This document shows, one piece after another, positions 8,278 to 16,040 of a stretch of 54,950 bases of DNA. Within the stretch, counting starts at the first letter, position 1; every line of letters starts with the position of its first letter. The notes beneath the pieces were generated by a model. The model saw nothing but the letters and a program-made list of their open reading frames with translations, made no database searches and was not told the DNA's origin. The translations under genes were made by a program, and so were the position numbers. Source of the stretch: Candidatus Woesearchaeota archaeon (GTDB lineage Archaea; Nanobdellota; Nanobdellia; Pacearchaeales; GW2011-AR1); NCBI GenBank assembly GCA_964493885.1, contig CAZBPV010000001.1, positions 1 through 54,950 of the forward strand, written 5' to 3'.

Positions 8278-9350
8278 TTTAGAAGTAATTTAGAAATAAA
8301 AGGATTTTCGGATATAATCGGTTTTTTAAGAATATAATCTTTCATCTTAAAATTTTCTAAAAAAATATTTGTTTGGTTTTGAAGCTCTTTTTTAATTCTA
8401 CTGGAGTTATTTGTTATGTTTATATTTTTAGGTTCAATACTTTCTTGTTCACCAAACTTTTTATAATAATATGTTTGTGCATCAAAGAATCTCGCTTTAT
8501 GTTTCCATATCTCTTTTTGGTCTATTTTTTCTGTTTTTACATTTGGATTAAATCTTTGGGGTTCACGATTGATTCCAATAATACTTGCCCCCCCTATGCT
8601 TGAAAGTATGTCTGAAGAAGGAGTGTTTTGGCTTTTTATATTTGATAGAATTTCTCTTTTTATGTTTGTAAAATAGAATATAGACTCTCTAAAAACATCT
8701 TTTGAATCAAGAAGTCTTCTAATTCTTCTTATTCTTGCAGAAGTACTTTTGTTTATGGGTTTTCCCTCAAAGTCAAACCAGATATAATGATACCCTTTTT
8801 TTATGTAATGTTCAACAAGAGTGTTTATTCCCTCCATAGATAATCTCATGGATATAGGAACAAAGATTGGTTTTGAATTCATTTCTTTAAAAAAGTCATA
8901 GCAGTAATCAATAAATTTTATATAATCCTCTAAGGAAATTATTTTTTTAGTTATATTTGGAATAATTAGTATATCCTTAGAATGACTATAAAGATATTCT
9001 AAAAATGAATCTAAAGTCATGTTATCCTGTTCGGATAAGGGATTAAAGCGAAATGTTAAACTTACTATATTAAAGAACTCTGAAGCCCATTTCTTATCTT
9101 GGAAAAAATTGTCTATCCTCTTATCATCTTCAGAAGATACAATACTTTTTATTTGAGAGAAGTCCTTTATGTACTTTGAAATTTCAATTATCTCTTTTTT
9201 ATTGGATAAATTAACAAAACTTTTATTCAAAAATTTTATATCAAATGTCTTTTCTGGCATATCAAATGTCTTATTGCCTATCTTAAACCTCTTAATATTA
9301 AATTGGCTGGTTTTATCTGGAATGTACTCTTTTATGTTTATTTCTGACAT
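8274..9350 (-). CDS. Hypothetical 358-aa protein, last gene of the four-gene operon
   Basis: The start overlaps the PIN-like gene by 13 nt. Alternating hydrophobic strands and helices (IFVPISM, YIWFDFEG, SIFYFTNI, ASIIGIN) suggest an alpha/beta fold. No motif recognised. Confidence 0.6.
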   Translation of the reverse strand: MSEINIKEYIPDKTSQFNIKRFKIGNKTFDMPEKTFDIKFLNKSFVNLSNKKEIIEISKYIKDFSQIKSIVSSEDDKRIDNFFQDKKWASEFFNIVSLTFRFNPLSEQDNMTLDSFLEYLYSHSKDILIIPNITKKIISLEDYIKFIDYCYDFFKEMNSKPIFVPISMRLSMEGINTLVEHYIKKGYHYIWFDFEGKPINKSTSARIRRIRRLLDSKDVFRESIFYFTNIKREILSNIKSQNTPSSDILSSIGGASIIGINREPQRFNPNVKTEKIDQKEIWKHKARFFDAQTYYYKKFGEQESIEPKNINITNNSSRIKKELQNQTNIFLENFKMKDYILKKPIISENPFISKLLLN

Positions 9351-9883
9351 ATTTCCTTTCTTAATTCATTTAATATTTCTACTTTTATTCTGAAATTTGA
9401 TTTCTCAATATCATCATACAAATTAAGAGTTTCATTCTTATTAAATATTTTGTAATTTAAACAACATTTTTTAATGAAAGTAACAGTTCCAAAAAGGTGG
9501 GAACTTAGCTCTATTAAATTTCTTTCTATGAACTTTCTTGGTTTACTATCATCAATTATAATAAAGAAATCTTTTTCTTTTGATAGATTATAAACAAAAT
9601 AAGCAGTAATAATTATATCATATTCCCCTCTTTTTATTTCCTGTTTTGACAAAAAAGGTTGTATTGGTTTTCCAATATCAAAAGAGGGAACAAAAAAAGT
9701 ATTAAGATTTTTATGGTTTGATATTTTTCTCCAATTTTTTGAATCTTTTATCTCCTCGGAAACCTTGGGAGGAATATGTGTTTTAAAGTTGTCAAGAATC
9801 CTAATCAAGTAGTCAGATTTATTTATACAGTCAAGAAAACAAATATAGAAACTTGAATCAGCCACTAATTCGTTTAGCACCAC
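9338..9883 (-). CDS. PIN-like (DUF3368-type) putative nuclease toxin
   Basis: N-terminal ADSSFYICF, then KRGEYDIIITA and IIIDDSKPRKFIE...GTVTFI. Resembles the D/E/D arrangement and the GE..DD..R..GT pattern of PIN_3 proteins. Confidence 0.5.
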   Translation of the reverse strand: MVLNELVADSSFYICFLDCINKSDYLIRILDNFKTHIPPKVSEEIKDSKNWRKISNHKNLNTFFVPSFDIGKPIQPFLSKQEIKRGEYDIIITAYFVYNLSKEKDFFIIIDDSKPRKFIERNLIELSSHLFGTVTFIKKCCLNYKIFNKNETLNLYDDIEKSNFRIKVEILNELRKEICQK

Positions 9884-10392
9884 TTTAATTCCTCTGCTTT
9901 CTCTTCACTAATTAAACCTTTTTTTAGAAGGTTCTTAATAATCTTTAATTTGATTTCATTATTAAATAGAAATTTACATCTATTTGATTTTTCCATAAAC
10001 TCGGGATAAGAACAATAAATAATAAAAAGTAATTCATCTTCTTCAAGTTTTTCATATACTTCCCTAATAAATTTAATTAAGACTAATGATTCTTTTTTCT
10101 CTTTAAGGGAAATTTCTTTAAACTGCTCCTTTCCTTTTTCTGATAATAAAAATTTGTTGCCCATCTTTGAAAAAGAATTTTCAAAATATAGGGGGTCATC
10201 TAATGAATCGTGAATAACCTCTGAAAAAGGACCTTGATAATGTTTTTTAAAATCAAAGAGAACTTCTAATTCTTTCAAAGTTCTTGTCAGTAAGAAAAGT
10301 TCCTTTTGAATAAAAAGTTCATCAATTGGTTTTTCTTGCAAACCTAATAATAAAATTAACTTTTTTTCAGCTTCCTCAATTTCATCATTCAT
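9874..10392 (-). CDS. Panacea/YwgA-like putative antitoxin or adaptor
   Basis: IQKELFLL...FDFKKHYQGPFSEVIHDSLD resembles the QK..Y...F.F....GP(Y/F)S motif of DUF4065-type proteins. Overlaps the PIN-like gene by 10 nt. Confidence 0.4.
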   Translation of the reverse strand: MNDEIEEAEKKLILLLGLQEKPIDELFIQKELFLLTRTLKELEVLFDFKKHYQGPFSEVIHDSLDDPLYFENSFSKMGNKFLLSEKGKEQFKEISLKEKKESLVLIKFIREVYEKLEEDELLFIIYCSYPEFMEKSNRCKFLFNNEIKLKIIKNLLKKGLISEEKAEELKWC

Positions 10393-10396
10393 TTTT

Positions 10397-10549
10397 TTAT
10401 TTTAATTGCAATTTATTTGAAAATAACCAAGCATGGATTATTTCTTTTATAAGCTTTGATTTATCCATATCATACTTTTTAACTGCTTGTTCCCAGAGTT
10501 TCCAATCCTCATCTTCTAAGTATGCTACTATTCTCTTTGTTGATGACAT
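10397..10549 (-). CDS. Ribbon-helix-helix (CopG-like) protein (50 aa, below the ORF-track cutoff)
   Basis: MSSTKRIVAYLEDEDWKLWEQAVKKYDMDKSKLIKEIIHAWLFSNKLQLK shows a beta-strand/helix/helix pattern. Its stop is 4 nt before the next gene's ATG. Confidence 0.55.
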   Translation of the reverse strand: MSSTKRIVAYLEDEDWKLWEQAVKKYDMDKSKLIKEIIHAWLFSNKLQLK

Positions 10550-10562
10550 TCTTTAAGCATTA

Positions 10563-10596
10563 AAGTGTGCTACACTTATGTTTAAGAGTGTGCTAC
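10563..10596. promoter_or_regulatory. Candidate operator of the RHH operon
   Basis: Perfect palindrome AAGTGT-GCT-ACACTT (10563-10577). AGTGTGCTAC is repeated at 10587-10596, 23 bp apart, between a minus-strand TATA-like box (10597-10606) and the RHH ATG. Confidence 0.45.
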
Positions 10597-10610
10597 TATT
10601 TATAAAGATT

Positions 10611-10637
10611 ATTATGGTACCGAAATATTTATATAGT
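10611..10637 (+). promoter_or_regulatory. TATA-box promoter module, copy 2 of the 27-bp repeat
   Basis: ATTATGGTACCGAAATATTTATATAGT, with TTTATATA at 10628-10635, 21 nt before the transposase ATG at 10657. Confidence 0.55.
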
Positions 10638-10656
10638 GGTGGTACCTGAATTATCT

Positions 10657-11880
10657 ATGGAAACAAATTGGAAGAAATTAACAAGATATAAGCGAGGGAG
10701 ATTAATCTCTAAAGACTTAAAAATAGAGAAAGTTGAGGATAAATGGAAGGTTCCTTCTCAATCTGGAAAAGGGTTTTACTATGTTCACTTTGATGGACAT
10801 AGACCAAAATGCAACTGTCTGGATTGTAGAATAAGACATGGAAGATGCAAACACATAATCGCTGTAGAATTATCTATTCAAGAGAAGATAGACATAGATG
10901 GAACCATCTCTCAAATAAAGAGAGTAAGAATCGGATATGCCCAAAATTGGAAAGCTTATGATAAATCTCAAACAAATGAAAAATTATTCTTTCTAAGACT
11001 CTTAAGGGATTTATGTACAAATATTGAACAACCAGTGTATAAGTTTGGAAGACCAAACTTTCCTTTTTCAGAAATGGTTTTCAATTCGGTCCTTAAGATT
11101 TATTCAACTTTCTCATTAAGAAGATTTATGTCGGATATGAAAATTGCAAAACAGATGGGCTTAATTGAAAATTTATGCACATATCCAACAATTAGCAATT
11201 TTATGCAGAAAAAAGAACTAACCAGAGTTTTGAAATCTTTAATTAAATTGAGTTCAAGTCCATTAAGTTCTGTTGAAACATCTTTTGCAGTAGACAGCTC
11301 TGGTTTTTCTACTTGTAGATTCGCAAGATGGTTTGATGAAAAATGGGGAAAAGAAAAGAAGTATAAAATTTGGCTAAAGGCACATTTAATTTCAGGAATC
11401 AAAACAAATATTGTCACTGCTGTAGAAATTACAGAAGGAAAAGTGAACGATAGTCCTCAACTAAATAAACTTGTTAATGAAACAGCTAAGCAATTTAGTG
11501 TAGGTGAAGTTAGTTGTGACAAAGCTTACAGTTCAAGAAAGAACTTAGAGCTTATTCATAATGTAGGTGCTGTTCCCTACATCCCATTCAAAAAGAATGC
11601 AACTGGAAAATCCAGAGGTTCATGTGTTTGGAGTAAAATGTACTATTACTTCATGTATAAGCATGATGAATTTCAAGAACATTATCATAAAAGGAGTAAT
11701 GCTGAAACAGTTTTCCATATGATTAAAACAAAATTTAGAGATAATCTAAGGAGTAAAACAAAAACTGCTCAAGTTAATGAACTTCTCTGTAAGGTTCTTT
11801 GCCACAATTTATGTGTTATAATTCAAGAGATTAATGAATTGGGAATTAGGGGGAAGTTTGTTGTAGAGGAGAGAAAATGA
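10657..11880 (+). CDS. DDE transposase (IS4/IS5-like) with N-terminal SWIM zinc finger
   Basis: SWIM CNCLDC...CKH. DDE candidates are AVDSSGF, SCDKAYSS and YHKRSNAETVF (a Y-x2-R-x3-E motif). The ORF track opens at a GTG at 10636. Confidence 0.75.
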   Translation: METNWKKLTRYKRGRLISKDLKIEKVEDKWKVPSQSGKGFYYVHFDGHRPKCNCLDCRIRHGRCKHIIAVELSIQEKIDIDGTISQIKRVRIGYAQNWKAYDKSQTNEKLFFLRLLRDLCTNIEQPVYKFGRPNFPFSEMVFNSVLKIYSTFSLRRFMSDMKIAKQMGLIENLCTYPTISNFMQKKELTRVLKSLIKLSSSPLSSVETSFAVDSSGFSTCRFARWFDEKWGKEKKYKIWLKAHLISGIKTNIVTAVEITEGKVNDSPQLNKLVNETAKQFSVGEVSCDKAYSSRKNLELIHNVGAVPYIPFKKNATGKSRGSCVWSKMYYYFMYKHDEFQEHYHKRSNAETVFHMIKTKFRDNLRSKTKTAQVNELLCKVLCHNLCVIIQEINELGIRGKFVVEERK

Positions 11881-11942
11881 GTAAAAAATATAAAACGGCA
11901 AATTTAAATAGTCCTAATTCTTATAAAAGGAAAGGAGAAAAG

Positions 11943-13928
11943 ATGGCGGTTGAAAGAAAGAATGAGGCAAAAAAAGATATTATTCTATATAACTTCTTAA
12001 AAGATAATAGAAAATATAAAAATTCTTGGGATATAAAAAAAACAAATAATAATATCATTCAATCTATTTTGGATAAAGCAAGTAAAAGAAAAACGGATAA
12101 AAGAGGAGAACCAGATTTACTCTATATTGATGAATCGCATAAATTGTTAATTTTACTTGAAAATAAAGATAGTATAAAACAACATCAATCTAAAGAAGGA
12201 AACAATGTTGAAGGTTATGCTGTTGACGGAGTAAAACATTATTTATCTTTTTTTACAGAAAATTATATTGAAACATTACCTTCTCCGAATAAAAAATATT
12301 TAAAAAATTGGAAAATTGTTGGAATAGCAGTTTCAGGAAATATATTGGACTTGTATAATCATCTTATTTCTACATTTATCATAAATAAGAGTGAAATAAA
12401 AGATATTGAAACAAAAGAAATTTTGAACGAAGAAGATTATCTTTCTCTTTTTGAAAATGTAGATATGGAAAAACTAATAAGAGAAGTATCAGAATCTTCT
12501 AAAAGAATAAATAATAAATTACGTTCTTTAGATTCGCAAAAGAGACCCGTGTTACTTAGTGGATTGATGATTTGTTTATTCACAAGAGATGGAAGAAATG
12601 ATTTTAAGGAGGGATATATGGGTTGGGAGGTTAAAACAGTTATAAATAATATTCCTACTACAATCAATCAAATTTTAAAAAAAGAAGGAATACCTAAGGA
12701 TAAAATAGAAGTGTTAACTAATGAACTATCATTTATTAAAACTGACCAAGATTTAAATAACACAGAAATCTTAAAAGAAATATTAGAGGAATTAGATAAA
12801 AATGTTATCCCCCTATTTACCAAAGAAACTAATTATGATATTTTGGGAAAATTTTATGAGGAATTTCTGAGATATGCTGGAATAAGTAACGTTAAGAACG
12901 GAATAATTTTGACTCCGAGCCATATAACTAAGCTTTTTACTGAATTAGTAGATATAAAAAACAATGATGTAATATTAGACACTTGTTGTGGAACTGGAAC
13001 ATTTTTAATATCTTCTATGAATAAACTATTCTTTGAAATAAATAAATCTAATATAAGGAACAAGGTAGACCTAATTAAAAATATAAAAGAAAAACAACTT
13101 ATAGGTTTTGAAAAAAGTTCTACTATGTATGCTCTTGCTATCTCAAATATGTTATTTAGAGGCGATGGAAAATCAAAAGTATTTAACGTAGATTCTTTCT
13201 CAGATGAAGCAAAGAATATACTAAATAATTTAAAAAAAGAAGGGATAGTACCAACAATTGGATTCATAAATCCTCCTTATGGGGGACAGGATAATAAGGA
13301 TAAACCCACCAAAAAAGAAATTCAATTTTTAGAGAATATGTTAGATTCAGTTAGCAGATTTGGAGTAATAATTGCTCCCCTTTCTACGTATATAAAAGAA
13401 GAGTCAGTTAGAGAAAGGATATTATCCAAACATACTTTAAAATGTGTTATAAATATGCCAAAAGAATTATTTCAACCAAATGCTTCAGCTCATACTGCAG
13501 TTGCAGTTTTTGAAACAAATAAACCCCACAATAACAAAGAAGTCGTATTTTATGATTTAAAAGAGGATGGTCTTATTTTATCTAAGAACAGAGGAAGAAC
13601 AGATGCCTTAAACAAATGGGGAGGAATAAAGAAAAAGTTATTTGAAGAATTAAATAATCCTGATAAGTTTAGTGATGGGTTTCATTTATTAAAAACTACT
13701 ATAACTGGAGAAGATGAATGGATAATCCAAGCCCATAGCCAAACGGATTATCATAATTTAAATGATGAATCTTTTACTAAGAGTATAAAAGAATATACAA
13801 TCTTCTCAACAAAAGTTAAATTGGGATTATTGGATAAAGATATAGACGAACTAACTCTTTTAGAAATATTAAATGAAAATAATATCTCTGCGGAGGAGGT
13901 ATTGAATGAAAGTGATTCCTCAAACTAA
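11943..13928 (+). CDS. BcgI-like (type IIB/IIG) restriction-modification subunit: N-terminal PD-ExK nuclease fused to an N6-adenine methyltransferase
   Basis: GEPDLLYID...LLILLENK (PD...ExK), SAM motif ILDTCCGTGTF, and catalytic NPPYGG. The ORF opens at 11877, but GGAGA precedes the ATG at 11943. Confidence 0.65.
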   Translation: MAVERKNEAKKDIILYNFLKDNRKYKNSWDIKKTNNNIIQSILDKASKRKTDKRGEPDLLYIDESHKLLILLENKDSIKQHQSKEGNNVEGYAVDGVKHYLSFFTENYIETLPSPNKKYLKNWKIVGIAVSGNILDLYNHLISTFIINKSEIKDIETKEILNEEDYLSLFENVDMEKLIREVSESSKRINNKLRSLDSQKRPVLLSGLMICLFTRDGRNDFKEGYMGWEVKTVINNIPTTINQILKKEGIPKDKIEVLTNELSFIKTDQDLNNTEILKEILEELDKNVIPLFTKETNYDILGKFYEEFLRYAGISNVKNGIILTPSHITKLFTELVDIKNNDVILDTCCGTGTFLISSMNKLFFEINKSNIRNKVDLIKNIKEKQLIGFEKSSTMYALAISNMLFRGDGKSKVFNVDSFSDEAKNILNNLKKEGIVPTIGFINPPYGGQDNKDKPTKKEIQFLENMLDSVSRFGVIIAPLSTYIKEESVRERILSKHTLKCVINMPKELFQPNASAHTAVAVFETNKPHNNKEVVFYDLKEDGLILSKNRGRTDALNKWGGIKKKLFEELNNPDKFSDGFHLLKTTITGEDEWIIQAHSQTDYHNLNDESFTKSIKEYTIFSTKVKLGLLDKDIDELTLLEILNENNISAEEVLNESDSSN

Positions 13929-14895
13929 ATGGGAATGGTTTGATATTACTTCTCTTTTCAAAATTGAAAAAGGAGAAAGATTAGTAAAAACCGATAGGAT
14001 AGATGGAGAAGTTCCATTAATTACTGCCTCTTCTAAGAATAATGGAATTGTGGATTTCTTGTCTAAAGAGGTCTTTAAAGAAAAAAAGAAAACTTTTGAT
14101 AATAAAATAACTATTGATATGTTCTTTAATACATTCTATCAGGACGAAGAGTATTTTAGTGATGACAATGTCCATACATTAATCCCTCTGTTTAATAAAA
14201 ATAATTTATACATAATGTTGTTTCTCCTAACAATTTTAAGACAATCTGCTTATAAGTATGGCTATGGGAGGCAATTGAGAATAAAGAGATTAGAATTGGA
14301 AAAAATTAAACTCCCTGCTGACGAAGAAGGAAATCCAGACTGGAAGTTTATGGAGAAGTACATGAGAGAACTTTCCAAGAAGGTTTATTTTGATAAAAAA
14401 GTTAAAAAAGTAAGCTTAAGGAAAGTAGAAACTAAAAATTGGGGGAAATTTGTAATAGGGGCACTATTTAAAAATAATTTTAAAAGGGGGATGAGATTAA
14501 TTGAGATTGATAGAACTAAAGGGGATATTCAATATTACTCTGCTTCAAGTAAAAATAATGGTTTAACTGATATGATTGCAAATCCCATTTTTATAGAAAA
14601 AGATGCACTCATATATTCCACATTTGGGGATTCCTTTTATGTTGAAGGAGAATTTACTGCAAGTGATGAAATAACTATTTTGAAACATCCAGAGATGAAC
14701 AAATATAATGGTCTTTTTATAGCAACAATTCTTAAAGAAAATAAATATAAATATGGCTTTGGGAGAAAAGCATTTTTGAATAAATTATTAAAAGATACAA
14801 TTAAACTCCCTGCTGACGAAGAAGGAAATCCAGACTGGAAGTTTATGGAGAAGTACATTAAATCATTACCTTATTCCAAAACATTGGAGAATTAA
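13906..14895 (+). CDS. Restriction-modification specificity (HsdS/BcgIB-like) subunit with two target-recognition domains
   Basis: Two halves each carry ...ASSKNNG... and end in IKLPADEEGNPDWKFMEKY. Overlaps the upstream gene by 23 nt. Confidence 0.75.
   Translation: MKVIPQTKWEWFDITSLFKIEKGERLVKTDRIDGEVPLITASSKNNGIVDFLSKEVFKEKKKTFDNKITIDMFFNTFYQDEEYFSDDNVHTLIPLFNKNNLYIMLFLLTILRQSAYKYGYGRQLRIKRLELEKIKLPADEEGNPDWKFMEKYMRELSKKVYFDKKVKKVSLRKVETKNWGKFVIGALFKNNFKRGMRLIEIDRTKGDIQYYSASSKNNGLTDMIANPIFIEKDALIYSTFGDSFYVEGEFTASDEITILKHPEMNKYNGLFIATILKENKYKYGFGRKAFLNKLLKDTIKLPADEEGNPDWKFMEKYIKSLPYSKTLEN
14304..14363 (+). repeat. 60-bp perfect internal direct repeat of the S gene, copy 1
   Basis: AATTAAACTCCCTGCTGACGAAGAAGGAAATCCAGACTGGAAGTTTATGGAGAAGTACAT is identical to 14799-14858. 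Confidence 0.9.
14799..14858 (+). repeat. 60-bp perfect internal direct repeat of the S gene, copy 2
   Basis: Identical to 14304-14363. Encodes the conserved spacer helices of the S subunit. Confidence 0.9.
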
Positions 14896-14924
14896 AATGA
14901 TAACCTTCAAACTCATAAAATAAA

Positions 14925-15500
14925 ATGGTAGACATCATAACAATAATACTTATCATAGTCCTTCTGGTGGGTTTGTTTATTGCTTATAGGATTGGACATA
15001 AAGCAGGGGCTTTTAAAAGAGATATATTCTGGGAAGGAGAATTGCCTAATTACAGAAAAGATGCTATCATGAAATCCAGAGCAGTATTAGGAGGACAATT
15101 CTCAGAACAGTTAGCTCCTTATCTTCCTAATTTTGATTATTTACCCACTGAATGTAGATTCATTGGGAAACCCATAGATTTTATTGTCTTCAAGGGAATG
15201 GATGATAAAGACATTAATGAAGTTGTGTTTGTTGAAGTAAAAAGTGGAAATGCTAAATTAAATCAACATGAAAAGAATCTTAAAGAAACTATAGACAAAA
15301 AGAGAGTCAAATGGGTTGAATACAGAATACCTGAAGAATTGCACAGTAATAAAACAGAACTTGGAGATAAAATTTCTAATGTGGTAAACGGAATAGAAGA
15401 GGATGTTAAGAAGTTTTTATGTGAATCTTGTGGAAGAGCAATCAAACATAAAGGAAAATGCTTTGCTTGTAATATTAAGGCTAAAAAAGAAAGAAAATGA
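14925..15500 (+). CDS. Membrane-anchored endonuclease related to archaeal Holliday junction resolvase (COG4741/Endonuc_Holl-like) with C-terminal zinc ribbon
   Basis: N-terminal TM helix, then SRAVLGGQFSEQLAPYLPNF...FIGKPIDFIVF...VVFVEVKSGNAKL, and C-terminal CESCG...CFAC. Confidence 0.55.
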   Translation: MVDIITIILIIVLLVGLFIAYRIGHKAGAFKRDIFWEGELPNYRKDAIMKSRAVLGGQFSEQLAPYLPNFDYLPTECRFIGKPIDFIVFKGMDDKDINEVVFVEVKSGNAKLNQHEKNLKETIDKKRVKWVEYRIPEELHSNKTELGDKISNVVNGIEEDVKKFLCESCGRAIKHKGKCFACNIKAKKERK

Positions 15501-15991
15501 AAGACGGAAAACCAGATAACAATAATATAGGAAATACTGGAGAGTATTTTATTGCATCCATTCTTTCTTCAAAGGGGTATATAACCACCATAACACTTGG
15601 TCGTGCTGAAGCATATGATATAATTGCAATAAGACCTGATGGAAAAACAATCAAAATTCAAGTTAAAACTGCATGGTATGATAATAAGATATTTAGGCTG
15701 TCTCCAAAGGATGCTGAGGAAAGAAATTTGGAATATTTCTATGCTTTTGTTACATTAAAAGAGAATAAATCTCCTTGGGAATATTATATTGTTCCTGCAG
15801 AAATAGTTTCTAAACATGTTGGTGAAGGGCATAATATTTGGTTAAATTCTCTTGGAAAAAAAGGGCAGAAACATAATGATAGTTTAGTTAGAACATTTAG
15901 TTCAAAAATAGGCAAATGTAGTCCAAAGTGGTTTACTCAAGAGTTAGTAGATTCTTTTAAGAATAATATACATGCTTTAGAAAAAGATTAA
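15497..15991 (+). CDS. PD-(D/E)XK-like nuclease-fold protein
   Basis: GNTGEYFIASILSSKGY...AYDIIAIRPDGKTIKIQVKT shows an E...D...QxK pattern. ATGA overlap with the upstream gene. Confidence 0.4.
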   Translation: MKDGKPDNNNIGNTGEYFIASILSSKGYITTITLGRAEAYDIIAIRPDGKTIKIQVKTAWYDNKIFRLSPKDAEERNLEYFYAFVTLKENKSPWEYYIVPAEIVSKHVGEGHNIWLNSLGKKGQKHNDSLVRTFSSKIGKCSPKWFTQELVDSFKNNIHALEKD

Positions 15992-16020
15992 AATTCTGTT
16001 AAAAAAGTAGGCTAAAATCA

Positions 16021-16040
16021 AGACTTATTTAACAAAGCCC
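16021..16040 (-). repeat. Right terminal inverted repeat of the island
   Basis: The reverse complement GGGCTTTGTTAAATAAGTCT matches 7684-7699 and 7705-7721. Confidence 0.75.

Larger units (their letters stand above)
7684..16040. mobile_element. About 8.36-kb accessory/defence island bounded by inverted repeats and a flanking direct repeat
   Basis: TIR plus direct-repeat architecture. Cargo is a transposase, an R-M system, toxin-antitoxin-like genes and nucleases. Sits about 110 bp from tRNA-His. Confidence 0.6.

Noticed and set aside
11877-11942. ATG at 11877 (overlapping the transposase stop) as the R-M gene start, implying translational coupling with the transposase
   Set aside because: The ATG at 11943 has a GGAGA 6 nt upstream, and the first 22 codons are Lys/Asn-rich filler. 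The longer start cannot be excluded.
11943-14895. Classifying the R-M genes as a type I system
   Set aside because: There is no HsdR-like helicase/nuclease gene in or near the island, and the methyltransferase chain carries its own N-terminal PD-ExK motif. BcgI-like type IIB architecture fits better.
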